This document shows, in pieces, positions 1-13,499 of a stretch of DNA of 64,000 bases. A program made the position numbers and the translations under genes. How positions within the stretch are numbered: the stretch's first letter is position 1; the number at the start of each line of letters is the position of its first letter. A model generated the notes under the pieces. The model made no database searches. It had not been told where the DNA came from and worked only from the letters and a program-made list of their open reading frames with translations. Source of the DNA: Malacoraja senta (taxonomy: Eukaryota); assembly GCA_038087875.1 (NCBI GenBank), contig CM075987.1, positions 22,072,001-22,136,000 of the forward strand. The letters are read 5' to 3'.

Positions 1-1129
1 CATATCCCGTGAACAAATATATAAAAGAATAAATACTGAAACAAAAGTAACAGCATCGTACCATCAATGCTGACGAGTGATTGATCCTGGGTGGTCCACT
101 AACCTACAAGCCTCTGTGTAGTCATTGCATACCTTTCTAAATTACTTCCCCCACCCCAGCCCAGCCCAGATTCTGGATTGGATGCTACAGAGAATCTTCT
201 GTACCTATCACGTCCTGTACCTGCCTTGAGAGCATTTGAAGGGGAAGTGTAGAAGCAGCTTCACTGTGTATGTGACCTTGGTTCAATGGGACAGTGCAGA
301 TGGAACTTTACACCTGCTCTGGGAGACCACTCTTATCATTGCATTCATAATGGGCACAAACTTCATATTACCATGCCAAAATATTTTTCCCCAGTGTATT
401 TTGCTGAACCATTCGTGTTTCATGTTTCTTTGGACAGCTCTGTGCTTTGAGCTCGAGGTGACATCAGTTTAAAATACTGTTTGTTGTTAGTCGATTTTCA
501 GCTTCTGGTACATTTCTACAGAATGTAGGCAAGGCACCAAACGACCAGGACCTCTGACTGATCCTCATCATTCCAGCCCTCTCACTGACTCCTAAACCAA
601 TTCCCCCACCCACCACCTCACCCTCCACATCACCAGTCTCTGAAGTCTATTTATGAAAAGATCTAAAAGTTACATTTAAAAACAAAATGCTGGAGGAACC
701 CACTAGGTTTCTCCAGCACTTTTTTTTGCTCAAAATTCCAGCATCTGCAGTTTCTTGTGCCTCTAAAAGTTAAACTAATTTATTCACCCAATGATCACGG
801 CAGCCGTTGGCCATTTATTTCACAGTATGTCACAAAGTGCAGGTAGAACGTAACTACACTCATTTTGTCTGATTCAGAGTTATGTCTCAACAATGTCTGA
901 ACTGTCATTACCTGATCATCATTGTCAAAGACTGATTCCAGGCGCCCCACTCTTTGAATTACTAGTTATGGGGAGGACTAGATATTTAGTTTACAAATTC
1001 CTGTGCAAGAAAGGAATGTAATGGTGAGATGAAAATTCAGAGGGAAGAATGCTTGCTTTGCCAGTAATACCAGACACCAAATTTAATATTATTTAAAAAT
1101 GTTTGGCATATTGTCCTTTAAAATATTTA

Positions 1130-1960
1130 TTTTCCTATCATCATGGAAGACTGATCAGATCATCTATTGTTTCTGACTTCCCCAGCCAGAGAAAATAGTT
1201 CCACTGTACCTCCACCCTACACCTGAACAGCCTGAGGGACCTTCCTCCCAGATCAGAGTCCCGACCAGCCCGCTTTTGACACCGCCTTTCATCGCTTTGC
1301 TGAACCTGTTCTCACAGTGAAAAGCTTCTCATTTAACTATACACACCTCCTCCATATCAAATGTGCAGCTTTCGGAACCTGTACAGGTCCAAACAACACT
1401 TGTTTCTTTCTGGGTTACATTGGAACATTACATGGTGCCCTATTTGGTCATAGAACGACTTCCTATTATCTTAAAGGTTTCACCCCCTTTGTTGTCAGTT
1501 TCCACTTTCATATGGTCCATCTCTGACTTTCATTTCTCAATCTCTCCATTTCCATTTCAGGGCATAGGCTAGCAACTAGTATCTGACATCAACTCATTAT
1601 ACTCCACAGCTACCATGACTATATTGCTTCCCATTCTGCTTCCTGTTAGTACCTTCTTTCCCTTCTCGCAGTTACCTGAATTCTATGCATCTGTTCGAAA
1701 GATGCCAGTTTTCACACTGGTGCTTCAGAGATGTATTTTTTCCTCAGCTACACCCTTCATCTCTGCCCTTCTTGCTCCTAGACCTGTTACTTCCATTTTG
1801 CACACTTATGCCCTCGCATCCCCTTCTGTGACCCAGAACAGGGGGAGGGTTTCCCTTGTCTCTGCCTTCCACAGTTAGCGCCCATATTCAACAAATCATT
1901 CACCAGTTTCCAACACCTTTGATACAATAACAACTTCAGACACAATTTCCTTCCAGCAAC
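1130..1960 (+). mobile_element. Degraded Penelope-like element, RT/thumb region, in a PTPA intron
   Basis: Remnant peptides FFPFSQL... and QNRGRVSLVSAFHS resemble PLE motifs PFSQFLRLRRICS and RVPLVLTFHP. Many stops. Confidence 0.5.
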
Positions 1961-2029
1961 CAGTAGGGACTGTTCAAGTTGAAGGTGAAGCAGTGATAAA
2001 AGGTCACTGACCTGAAATAATAACTGAAC

Positions 2030-2265
2030 GTAGATAAAAATGCTGGAGAAACTCAGCGGGTGAGGCAGCATCTATGGTGCGAAGGAATAGGTAACGTTTC
2101 AGGTCGAGACCCTTCTTCAGACTGATGTGGGGGGCGGGAAGAAGAAGGGAAGAGGCGGAGACAGTGGGCTGTGGGGGAGCTGGGATGGAGGGAGAAAGCA
2201 AGGACTACCTGAAATTGGAGAAGTCAATGTTCATACCGCTGGGGTGTAAACTACCCAAGTGAAAT
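2030..2265 (-). mobile_element. Penelope-like 3' terminus with hammerhead ribozyme motif
   Basis: The minus strand reads the end of the GIY-YIG region, a pyrimidine tract, then tcagtCTGAAGAagggtctcgacctGAAACGTTacc (2090-2125) and the conserved gatgctgcc...ctccagca tail. Confidence 0.75.
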
Positions 2266-2676
2266 AATAACTGCTTCACTCTCCCCAGTAGTGGTCTGAC
2301 TTTGCAAAATATTTCCAGCATTTTGTATTTCCTTAAACCTCAACATTTGCTGTATTGTGCTTAAAGAAAAGCAATGTACAGATGTTAAAGAATGGATGGA
2401 ACATCAACAAAGACTTGGATGTATGTAGCAGTTTAAGTAAATTGTCCAAATGTACTTCACGGGTCCTAATTGGGCAAAAAAAATGAGCACAAAGCCATAG
2501 ATGATAATTGGAGAGGTGACCAAAAGCTTGGATGACAAGTTTTAAGTCCATCCTGGAATGGGACAGTGTTCTACCAAGATGGACGGAATAGAGTATGGAC
2601 AACTATCTCTTGCTGCAAATTCAGTTACATGTGAGGGTTTTCCCTTATGTTCCTCTAATGTATCTTTCTTTTTCAG

Positions 2677-2751
2677 TGCCTTGAAAAATTCCCAGTCATC
2701 CAGCACTTCAAATTTGGCAGCTTGCTCACCATCAACGCAGAAGCGTCATGA
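2677..2751 (+). CDS. PTPA: Terminal coding exon of PP2A phosphatase activator PTPA (PPP2R4)
   Basis: Strong acceptor (tatctttctttttcag|, ends 2676) is followed in phase 0 by CLEKFPVIQHFKFGSLLTINAEAS*. This matches the conserved PTPA C-terminus (human ...CLEKFPVIQHFKFGSLLPIHPVTSG, recalled). It sits next to IER5L, as in human. Upstream exons are not visible in the window. Confidence 0.93.
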   Translation, partial: CLEKFPVIQHFKFGSLLTINAEAS

Positions 2752-3671
2752 ACTGAAGCAAAAGCAGTGCGGAATCGGAGGCAGTCTGGGATTTTCTGAC
2801 CAACTGCAACAAAAAGATATTCCACCAAAAAATACATGACTTTATTTCCTTTAGTACAATTTTTTTTGAGGGGTTTGTTGTAAGCTCAGACTTGGAGTGA
2901 AGTGGCGTGGATTTTTAACGGGTGCAAATGGACATCATGTGGCTCAGCTTAGGTCACTAGAGTTTGTCACTGTACATCATCTTCTCTACACCCAGTACAA
3001 TAATCAATCTGCATCTCAGGTGTGACAGCTCAAGCCAGTCTGGTATTGGTAGTGCTAAAGGATTGTAAAGGAAGGGAACTACAGAAATGCTTAAAAAATA
3101 AATCAATTAAAATCTAAAAATGTGCCTTTGATTGGAAAAGAGTTTTGTGCCACTTAAAAGCAACAAGTGGCTTATTTATTTAAATAAATTAAACCACATG
3201 CCTCGCTGGCTTAATCCAAGGTAGTTCTCAGTTTCCCCCCAACCCTATCCTGCAGTATATCACGCTGCTTGTATAATAATTAATTGTGTAATTCTATGGT
3301 TATTTTTCATTGTAAATGAGACATTTGGGAAAGGAAGCATCTTGCCACTCTCCTCTGTTCCTGGCTAGTTTCAATAGATTTTACGTGTCAGCGTTTAAGT
3401 AAGAAAATGATTGCTGGTAAAAGAATAACTAAATTTCTCCATGACTGATTTGGTTGAATATATCCACAGCCTTTCGTTCACATCTAAAAAGTATAAATCT
3501 TAGACAAAGTATTAGGCAATGCAGTATTTAAAGGATGTTGATATTCTCAGCCCTTTAGTGTGTTTGTGTGCATATATACGAGTATTCAGAGGACAAAGCT
3601 CAGAGTGTTTCATTAATGAGATTTAACCCCCTGAATGAAATGCACTCTGATGTTATTACATATAACTACAA

Positions 3672-3684
3672 AATAAAGATTAAA
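3672..3684 (+). terminator. Probable PTPA polyadenylation signal (AATAAA then ATTAAA), ending a ~0.95 kb 3' UTR
   Basis: AATAAA at 3672-3677 and ATTAAA at 3679-3684, followed by a GT/T-rich downstream tract (gtgtttgatgaattttgttttt). No TE is recognisable in 2752-3700. Confidence 0.55.
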
Positions 3685-4419
3685 GGGACTTGTTTCTCCA
3701 AGGGTGTTTGATGAATTTTGTTTTTATACTCCAAGCAATGCAATGATGAGTTATCCAGAAGCAGAACTTTGCTGGTTTAGGTGGCCGGCAGGTCAGGTGG
3801 TCTCCTTGGTACCTATGGGTAGATGGTTCACCTCAGCAGGGACAAGCACAACTAGCTTTGATACCCCTGGGTAGAGAAAATTGACTGGACTGAAGTCTAA
3901 CCAAGCCCCTGCCCCCCCTCCCCTTTGGTGAAGAGTGTGGCTAATTGATTACTTTTACAAATACACAACAGGCTAACAGATAATCTACTATGGTGTACGA
4001 CTCTGCAATCTGACTGAATCCCAGTGCATGCTTCTACAAATGAACAGCAGGAAGACTGAGGTGAGACACAGTGCTCCACCTAACGGGGATGTTGACTTGA
4101 TATAACCACCAATTCATCATAGTAGATATTTGGCCAGATAATCAAACAGAATTTAAACAACATCAGAGAGAAGGATGTGAAGATTTTAGGGGCAGAATTC
4201 CAGAGCTCTCAGCCCAGGCAGCTAAAAACACAGCTGCCAAGTGATTAAAATCCATAACGTGGAATGTATTATTGGGCTGGAAAAGGTACAGATATAGAGA
4301 AAACAAAACCAAGACATGATTTGAAAACAACAATGAAAATTTTAAAATCAATACACTGGTTGCCCTGGAACCAACAGGAAAAATAGGTAAATGATGAACT
4401 CGACTTGAAGTCAGAAATG

Positions 4420-4667
4420 TGGCCATTCCTCGAATTACAAATGTCCGATGTACAATTTCTGTTAGAACACCATGGACACTTTGGGTTTTGCGACTTTGAT
4501 TTCCAAATCTATTTTTGCTATAACAATATACCACGCCACTCTGCCCGTCCGAATACTCTGTGCCACTACGACCACAATGCATTTTGTACAGTCCAATTTA
4601 TGAATTTTTGGTCCATGAAACATTTTCCAGGAACACATTCATTTTGTGAATCGCAGGATCCCTGTAG
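4420..4667. mobile_element. Possible old Tc1/mariner (Tigger-like) MITE remnant
   Basis: Ends in ...ttgtgaatcgcaggatccctg|TA with a weak inverted match to ...cctcgaattacaa at the left. Highly diverged. Confidence 0.25.
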
Positions 4668-5924
4668 TTTTGGACGTGCTCATGTTTATTGAGAGTGTAA
4701 GTTGGAAAGCTGGCCAGGAAATCAAATCTAGACGTAACAAAGGCACGAATGAAAGTTTCATTAGCAAATTCTATTAAAATAGATTTGTCTGACCATTTTC
4801 ACATTTCTTTTTAAGGAATCTTGTTTGGTGCCAATTATCTGTCTCATTTTCTACATCATGGGATGACCATACTTAAGCAGTCTTTAGGACATTGAGATTA
4901 TGACTTCCGAAGACAGGGGGCAAAAAGATTTCAAAAGATAGATCTCAACCTGGGAAAATAGGCGATATGACAATAAGTTCCCTAGAGACCTGGGAAAGAA
5001 TCAGAGAGAGGATGGAAACGAGAAGCGACTCCAGACTCTGCTGGCTAAATATTTCCATCCTCCACCCAACAATGCCAGTGGTTAATTTGTCATCTTGTGT
5101 GGGTAAAATCTACTGTTTGCCTCATTTCTGAAGACAGTGGGTAGCTGGAGCCTGTAGAACCAATACCTAGTGTAATCTGGCGCCTACAGAAGAATTAATG
5201 TATATACAGAATATAGAAACAAGAAGGTATTCATCACCTCAATCCAGTTCTGTGATTCAATTAGATTATGGCAGATATATCTTAACTCTAGCTACATGCT
5301 TTCTTCTGAGTAATTTGATATCATCACCCACCAAAATTCTATTGTGTGCAGTTTTGACATTTTCAAGTGACCCACAGTATCAACAGCTTTTACAAGTCTA
5401 GTTTGGATGCCCACTATTCAATTTGTCGATTAAAATCTTAATGAATGCTACAATATTTGCTTGAACTGAATACTCCAATTAAGATGACTTTTACAATGAC
5501 AATATTACAACCCAATGTAATGCAGTAAAATTGATACTTGGCTATCCTCATTGGCTTTCGAACAAGTTTCTAAAAATAGCATTTTACAACAGTTATTAGA
5601 TGAACTTGATGCATGTGTCATTTACATGAGGTGCCACTAGAGAGTGCTGGATCACAGAATCCAGCACAGATTCACCACCACAAGATTGCAACGGATAAAG
5701 AGCATCTCCGTGGCGAGGGCTTTGGATTGAGACACTAAAGTGTATTGATATCAATATCTCAGTTGAGTAGCATAGTCATAGAAAAGTCCCTTAAATGCAT
5801 TGTCCCAACCACACATTGCAAGGAAACCGATTTGGAGATTTGCCTACCTTCGATTTTCCAGCACCTGCAGTTCCTCTTAAACATATTTGGAACCATGATC
5901 TAATCTGAACAGTGGCAAAATGAG

Positions 5925-6025
5925 AGTCTGTAGAAGGGTCTCGACCCAAAACATCACCCATTCCTTCTCTCCAGAGATGCTGCCTGTCCCGCTGAGTTAC
6001 TCCAGCTTTTTGTGTCTATCTTTGT
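5925..6025 (+). mobile_element. Penelope-like terminal repeat (degenerate hammerhead)
   Basis: gtctgtagaagggtctcgacccaaaacatcacccattccttctctccagagatgctgcc... is the same family as 36622-36755 and 46835-46968. Confidence 0.75.
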
Positions 6026-6879
6026 CAAAATTTAGATAGGTGAGTTATCTAGAGTTAAAATCAGACATCTCTATATCAGTATCCAGGCGCTTTTACTGAA
6101 ATCTGTGTTAAATAAAGCAGTATTGGGTTCATTTGTGATAGTTAGATAATCTATGGACATTACTTTTCTGGGTTCTGCCATTTATAATAGCCACAACGCT
6201 GGACTGTGGAATAGCAGTCAGTCATGCAGAGAAAAGACACCACAAAATATTCAACAATATCTTGTACCTAAACTTTAAAAAGCTTTTAATTTCAAATCGA
6301 GGAACACTCAACTCTAGGTGTACATACCCTCTCAGCACTTAATATAGCCTACAACACAACTAAAACATTCTGATAAATTCCCCCATGGTAACACCGAGTT
6401 ACTGCAATAATTTTTATTATCATTCTCTAAGTTGCCCTTTCCCCTCAGTTACTATTGTTATACCATAGTCATCAAATTAACACTTAAAAATACTCTCAAG
6501 AGCACCTTGCTATACCACACACACTACTAGTATAACCTACAATACCAGTGATAATAGCCTGACTTGGAAAGGCTTGGTGAACAGACTTGCTTCAAGTGTG
6601 AACATACAAAAAAAAACTGCAGATGCTGGATGTTTGAAATAAAAACAAACTGAAAACAATTTCTAACATTTTGTTTTTATTACTCAAAAATATTTCTCCC
6701 TCTCAAAGCGAGAATCTAGCCACCTCCCCTTTACAGTAAATGGTAAGGGATTTGATCAACATCTTGAGGATTATAAGTGACCTGAAACCTAATTGGATAA
6801 TCAAATAAATAATGTGTTTAATAATTGAGTAACCCAAGGGATAGGTATTATATAATGAATGAATTTTCAAAACCTTTCC

Positions 6880-8810
6880 ATGTGCTCAGAGCGTAATGGA
6901 ATACTCCATTTACTTAGTTGAGTGTAGCTTTTATGATACTCAAAGTTTGACATCATTCAGGAGAAAGCATCAACCACCTGATAATCTCATTCCTTCTGCT
7001 GCTGATCATGTTGCCATTGCCAGCATCTCTCAAACTCTATGAAAGAATAGAAAATGTAGATTGATGGAACAGAACATTACCCTCAATCTGACCGTTCTCA
7101 ACATTATTATTCATGTCAGACTATCAACCCCCAAGTTCTGAAAAAGAAAATGACAGATCATTTTTAGTGGTCCCTTTCTCTGCCACAACAACTAACTATG
7201 CCACTGGTCAATGATGGTTACCACGTGTTGGCATCCTGTTTGATTTTGCAAGATATTTGGACAGCCGGGTGATTTAATTCTCCGCAGTCAGATGAATTCT
7301 CGCTGTTATATCATCCTTTCTTCACCCGTTATAAAATCGAACCCTCATTGAATGAAGTTGGAGTGTGGATTATTGTTAGTTGTTAGACTAATCAACTGAA
7401 CCATTACTGGAGGATACAGAACCCCAAACAATTTCTGGAGATTTACAACCCTAGCACTTGATTCTGCCATATACAATACATTCTTAAAATGTTCCATCAC
7501 AATCAAGCCATTTAATCCATTGAGCAAACTAGTTTAATCCCATCCCCAAACTCTTCAACATCCCATCCAATCTAATACCACCCTCCTGGAGAACATTCCA
7601 TATCCTTCTATTCTCATATCTCCATCCCCATTCGAGTGGATACCTCATCTTCCCAAATGGCAGAAAAGATCCACCAAAAGGGAGAACGTATGCCTGGGAA
7701 ACCACAACATAAGCTCAAGACTGTGTGGGATCAGATAACGTATCCACAAGGATTGCCACCATAAGTGGCAAGATAGAAGGGAGGTTTCTCTTAGAGGTCC
7801 CCAATATTAGCTCCAAAGCTCGTAACATTGATACGGATTGCCACATCATCCACCCTCATGATGATACACCTTTCACCATGTTGAATGCACTTGGAAGAAA
7901 CGCAGAGGTCATCAAGAGTGGAGACGTTTAATGTGATAACACCATCGCTTACTGAGACTTCCAAGACATAGCTGCCAGACATAAGCAATATGAGGGAAAA
8001 GCCAATTTACCATCCTTCTCACTAGCCCACCAATTGAGGGTGCATTGGCCTGTGACATATATTGATGAATAATAACTGCATTGACCTTGCTGAAATAATG
8101 CCCTGTCTTAACTCTGAGAAGTTCCTCCATCTTACTGTCTTGACCGAATTACTATGATGAATGGGAGAGAATCAAGAAAGATCTAACCCTCAAACTGGGT
8201 GCTCTAACACAAAAAGATAGACACAGAATTCTGGAGTAATTCAGCGGGTCATTCAGCATCTCTGGAGAAAATGCCTTTCCTTGCTTCCGGTTCCTCCCCA
8301 CTACAATCAGTCTGAAGAGTCGTGACCAGAAACATCACTCAAGATGATGTTTCTCATTTTCTCAAGAGATGCTGCCTGACCCATTGATTTACCCAAGCAT
8401 TTTGTGTCCATATAAACCAGCATCTACAGTTCATTTTTATTACTCATAAGGCACTGTGGACCATCAGACAGAATTGTATCCCAGTATAATCTATAACTTC
8501 ATGACCCAAATGATTCCCCATTTCACCATTACTGTCAAGGCAGGCACCAAACATGGGTCATTGAGTATAAAAGATCATGTCAAGTGCAGAAATAGGTATA
8601 TCTAAAATCTGAAGCAACATCAGGAGAGAACTTCATACATGTTTATCACCTGACCCTGCATGGTGTGGATGGAACTATCAATCCCACTGCCATTGATCAG
8701 GCCAAAGCTATGCACTAAGCCAAATCCAGGAATGAACAGTGATCTTTAATTAAAGAGAGAAATGGGAAAAAAGGCTCCAACACTAATGATGGCAGAGCCT
8801 AGCACATTAT
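6880..8810 (+). mobile_element. Old degraded L2/CR1-group LINE remnants (endonuclease and linker)
   Basis: A GDFN-like remnant at ~7920 (gagacgtttaatgt). An RSVMEYSP-like segment at ~6890 is similar to 27720-27830. Interrupted by younger repeats. Confidence 0.4.
8215..8440. repeat. Inverted pair of Penelope-like termini (foldback)
   Basis: Left arm (ctggagtaattcagcgggtc..cagcatctctggagaaaa) is the reverse complement of the right arm (ttttctcaagagatgctgcctgaccc..). A degenerate ctgaaga...gaaac lies inside. Confidence 0.65.
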
Positions 8811-8889
8811 ATAAATAACATGTGATAACGAGGAACTGCAGATGCTGGTTTATACCATAGAAAGACAAAATGCTGGAGTAACTCAGCAG

Positions 8890-9303
8890 TAATTTAGAAG
8901 GATGAGAGGGTATCTTATTGAAACATATAAGATTATTAAGGGTTTGGACACCCTAAAGGCAGGAAACATGTTCCTGATGTTGGGGGAGTCCAGAACCAGG
9001 GGCCACAATTTAAGAATAAGGGGTAAGCCATTTAGAACGGAGATGAGGAAACACTTTTTCCCCCACACAGAGTTGTGAGTCTGTGGAATTCTCTGCCTCA
9101 GAGGGCGGTGGAGACCAGTTCTCTAGATACTTTCAAGAGAGAGCTAGATAGGGCTCTTGAAGATGGCAGTGTCAGGGGATATGGGGAGAAGGCAGGAACG
9201 GGGTACTGATTGTGGATGATCAGCCATGATCACATTGTATGGCGGTGCTGGCTTGAAGGGCCGAATGGCCTACTCCTGCACCTATTGTCCGTTGTCTATT
9301 GTC
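8890..9303 (+). mobile_element. CR1 (HER1-like) LINE 3' end
   Basis: C-terminal RT remnant (RMRGYLIETYKI...RTRGH), conserved 3' UTR (ggccgaatggcctactcctgcac) and a (CTATTGT)n tail. Near-identical to 59140-59537. Confidence 0.9.
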
Positions 9304-9779
9304 AAGCAATGAGAGATACTGCCTGATCCGATGAATTACTCCAGCATTTTGTGCCTTACTTTACATTATATGAACAACAAGGGTAAGACCTGTAAGCATC
9401 TGTATCCACCATGGTGTCTTCCAAAACCTCCACAATCACAAAGCACAGTCTCTGTGTAATTAGATTCATTCCATTTGATATCCACAAATGACTGGGCCAC
9501 TTGACACAAAGCACGGGCTGGGATAACAGCACAGATTTGGTGCTGAACATGATGATCCAGAACCTACAGTATTACTCTTTTGTAATTAATGCGAAGAACA
9601 CACAGATCCCTCTGTATTCAATCATTTGTAGGCTTTTCCCATTTAGATAATAATTTGCTTTTGATTCCTCTTATCAAAGTGCATAACCTCACGCTTTACG
9701 TATTAAACTCACTTTGCTAACATTTCATCAGTCACTCAATAAATAAATCCCATCGCAGAGTCACTGTATAGGAAACAGT

Positions 9780-10068
9780 GGGTGGCACTGAGAGAGTAGT
9801 GCTGCTGCCTCACAGCATCAGAGACCCAGGTTCTATCCTGACTGCAGATACTGTCTGTGTAGAGTTTGCATGTTCTCCGTGACCTCGTGGGTTTCCTCTG
9901 GGCGATCTGGTTTCCTTCCACATCGTGTGATTAATTGGCCTCTGTAAATTGCCCCTAGTGTGTGGGAAGTGGATGCGAAAGTGGGATAACATAGAACTAG
10001 TGTAAACTGGTGATCGATGGTCAGCATTGAGTCAGTGGGCCTGAAGGACTATATCTCTAAACTTAACT
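9780..10068 (+). mobile_element. HE1-type V-SINE (tRNA-derived head)
   Basis: A/B-box-like head (ggtggcac...gctgctgcctcacagc...ccaggttctatcctgac), V-domain (tgtgtagagtttgcatgttctcc...gggtttcc) and a CR1-like tail. Confidence 0.8.
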
Positions 10069-10579
10069 AATTCTACAGATTCCCCTCTACCTACTCAAAA
10101 GTACTCAAGCATATTTGTCAAACTATGATTTGCCCCTCATGAAGCCATTTGTCTTGGGTTGATTAGATCAACTTTAATAAATGAATAGTTATTTCCTTCT
10201 TGATTGACACTATTCAGCATCCTGTGAGCAATAGATATTAAACTAACAGGCTTATAGTTTCCTGACTTTTGTCTTTCTACCTTCTTGATCCTTGATCTGC
10301 ATTGTATAACACAGAAACAAGCCCTTCAATCCCTACATCTATGCTGATCTTTCTGTTGTCTATACTGCACCTATTTACATGCATTAAGTTTGTATTCTTC
10401 CATGCCTCACCTATTCAAGCATCTAAATAGTCATATGAGAAACTGCAGATGTTGGAATCATAGCAAAAGACAAAGTACTGGAGGAATTCACCGGGTTGGG
10501 CAGCATCTGGGGGTGAAAATGGACAGGTGACATTTTGGGTTGGGATCCTTATTTAGACTGGCATGTAGAGGTTTAGACT

Positions 10580-10900
10580 GTGTCTAAATATCTCAAGCTT
10601 TGAAGTTGTATCTAATTCAACCACCTCCTAGGGCAGGCCTATTCCTTATGTCAACCACTCTAAGAAGAATGTTCCACTCAAACCCCCTTCCTCAAACCTG
10701 AACCCTCTTAACTTTGATACCCCTCCATGAGAAGATATTGTGCCTCAATTTTTAATATACCTCAGTCAGGTCACCCTTCAGACTGCTTTGCTCCAGGGGA
10801 AAACAAGTTCAACATATCCAATATCTTCCCATAATTAAAGTCCTCCGATCTAGGCAACTTTCTTGGTAAATGTCTTCTGCACTCTCTCCAGCACAATCAC
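10580..10900 (-). mobile_element. Degraded CR1 LINE fragment
   Basis: Reverse-strand similarity to the CR1 RT C-terminus (aggtcacccttcagactgct..., ctgcactctctccagc). Confidence 0.5.
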
Positions 10901-11539
10901 ATCGCGACGTTCACTGGTAATCACCAAACTATTCGAAGCTGATCTCTCTGGCTCTTCTGCACATCCTTCTGAACTTAGACCATTGGGAAACCATCTTGCA
11001 ATCCTCACCTGTTGAAAGGTTCTGCTGTGCTAACAATTGAACAGACATCACCCATTGTTTTCTGAAATTTTACAATTAAAAAAACACTGGAAACAAAGCA
11101 GCAGATCACAGGAAGATCATAATGGTGAAATGGGCAGATACATGATGGATGAAACATAATACAGAGATGTGTGGAGTGGACCCATTCTGGTACCACTGCT
11201 TTAAAAAGATCTGACAAAACAGCCAGCAGTCCAAAGTAAACAGCAATTTGCATTTATCAAGTGTGAACATTCAGCTTGCCTGGGAGCATCTGAGTTTCCA
11301 GAATGTTTTGCTTTATTTCACATTTCCAGTATCTACAGATTTTATTTTAAAAGGTGTTTATTCTTAGGCTTTAACAGAAACACTTCTGTTATTAGAAGAA
11401 CTGTGCTTCACAAAAGAGTTAACAAATTACCAGGAGCACACGAGGAGACATTAGGATGTTACCAAACATGCAAGAAGTGTTTTAGAGAAGAGAGGTGGAG
11501 CTGATTAGAGGGTCAACCAGAGCTTAAGGAGAAGGCGAA

Positions 11540-12235
11540 TTAAACCAGGATTTGAATACAGGAGTAAGGAAGTCTTAAAGCAATTGTGCAAGACCTTGAT
11601 GAGATCACTCCTGAAGTGTTGTGTATGGGTTTTGGTCACCTTTCCCAAGGATGATGCACTAGTCATTGAATATGCAGGGAACAGAAGGATAAGGATCATG
11701 TGCAGGCAGATGAGTACTTTATCTTGGCATCATTGTTTAGCACAAACATTGTGAGCCAAAACACCTGTTCCTGTGGTGTCCTGTTCTAAGTTCTAAGATT
11801 CAGTAGTTTGGTCCAGAGATGTCAGGTTTGCTAATCAAGGAAAAATTGCATAAACTGGAAGTGTTTTCTCAAGTTTAGATGAGAGGAGCTTTCATCAAAA
11901 TAAACAAAATTCTTAAAGCGCTTGACAGATGAGATGCAGACAAGAGATTTCTACTGGCAGAGGAATCTAGGGCCAGGAGGCATAACTTGAGAACGATGGG
12001 TAGGCAGTTTGGAACTGATGAGAACATGCTTTACTCATTGGGTGGTCTTCCTTTGGAATTTTCTGCCATGGAAGGCTGAGGAGGTTCAGTCATTATAGTC
12101 ATAGATTTCTGGGCATTAATAGAATTGAGGAAGATGGAGATAGTGCTGGCAAACAACACCAAGACAGAAGGGCCACACTATTCCCATCCACAGACCCCAC
12201 AGGTCTGTAAGTCATGCCCTTATTTCTTAGGTTCC
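11540..12235 (+). mobile_element. Degraded CR1 LINE fragments
   Basis: Recognisable remnants: gaatacaggagtaaggaagtc...ttggtcacc and aggaatctagggccaggaggcataac...ggaattttctgcc. Confidence 0.6.
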
Positions 12236-13215
12236 TATGAATGTGCAAGATGCTAGAATTGAAGGAATGCAAAGATTATGACAGACTGGAAGATGGTACA
12301 AAGATAGGAGTAGAGGGAATATGCAAGAATAAAAATAAAGTTTGAGGTGCCCATGAACCTGGAACCAATGTAAAACATTCAAGTGGATTGATGAATGAAT
12401 GTAAAGGACTGGTTGATGTGGTAGTGGGAGTTAGGAAAAGGTTGGATAGCTGTGGAGAAAAGGTTACAGTGACTGAATGCAAGAATGATCAACGACAAAA
12501 ACACTTGCTATCAAAGAATGCAACTAGGAAGGGGCAAATCATGAACAGATTAAATATATATAACTATTTCAATTGTTAGGAAGTCCATTATCAAAATTTA
12601 AGCGGATCACACCGGAAGTGTGAGATCAGGAGCAATGCAGTAACATAATGCCTTTGAGCAAGATAGAGAATGCCCTTTCACTTTGGCTGGATTCAGAGTC
12701 AGTGTCTCATGCGCCACCCCAGATAACACTGGAACCTAATTGCAAATTACTCAAAGCAAACTAACCAGAATCTTAGAACAATCCGTGTACTTGACTAGTC
12801 ACATTAGATTCAGATGAGTTTGTTGTATACACCAGGGCGCAATGAAATCCTCGTTCACATGAAGCTCAACGTAAACAGCATACACACAGCAGTGGTAAAT
12901 GTAATAAACATAACTGCAGCACAGAATGTTGCAAGATTGTAGATCTGAAGTGGTAACTATTAATATTAATTAAAGTCCAACAATGGAAGAACCAAATGAT
13001 GTAGAGTTCAGAGGATGTGGCAACATCTCCAGAAATGGAGTATTTAAGGCAATTGGTTCAGTAGTTGGAGAGCTGTGGAGAAGCTGTTCTTCTATCTGGA
13101 CATCCTAACTCTCAAACTCCTGTACCATCTCTCAGCAGGTAGAAAAGAGAAAAGGGAACAACTGGGGCGGCAACCATTCCTGATAATGCTTTCAGATATT
13201 GTGTTGAGTTTCTTG

Positions 13216-13306
13216 TCAGCCATGATCATATTGAATGGCGGTGCAGGCTCGAAGGGCCGAATGGCCTACTCCTGCACCTATTTTCTATGTATCTATGTAT
13301 CTATAT
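13216..13306 (+). mobile_element. Very short CR1 3' end
   Basis: tcagccatgatcatattgaatggcggtgcaggctcgaagggccgaatggcctactcctgcacc followed by a (CTATGTAT)n tail. Confidence 0.85.
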
Positions 13307-13499
13307 CAGCAGTGAATCCATCCTTGTGCCTCCTTAAATCACATTTCCTGTTGAAAATTATTAAACCTTCAGGAGACACCTTTGTCAACACAAGTTTAGA
13401 GTCTCTTCTGCTTACTAGTCCTGCGCTTGCACCAGTGAGTCCCAGCCCAACCCCCCAAGCAAGTTATTACAAAGCTCAGCTCAAGCAAAGTGAAGACTA

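Noticed and set aside
1-2676. Search for the penultimate PTPA exon (..WNISAVPSW..MYKAE)
   Set aside because: Not found by eye; probably upstream of the window.
5644-5667. Perfect 9-bp hairpin GTGCTGGAT-cacaga-ATCCAGCAC
   Set aside because: Isolated and short, with no supporting context; may be chance.
9780-9850. tRNA-like A/B boxes here and in similar copies
   Set aside because: SINE heads with no intact cloverleaf, so not tRNA genes.
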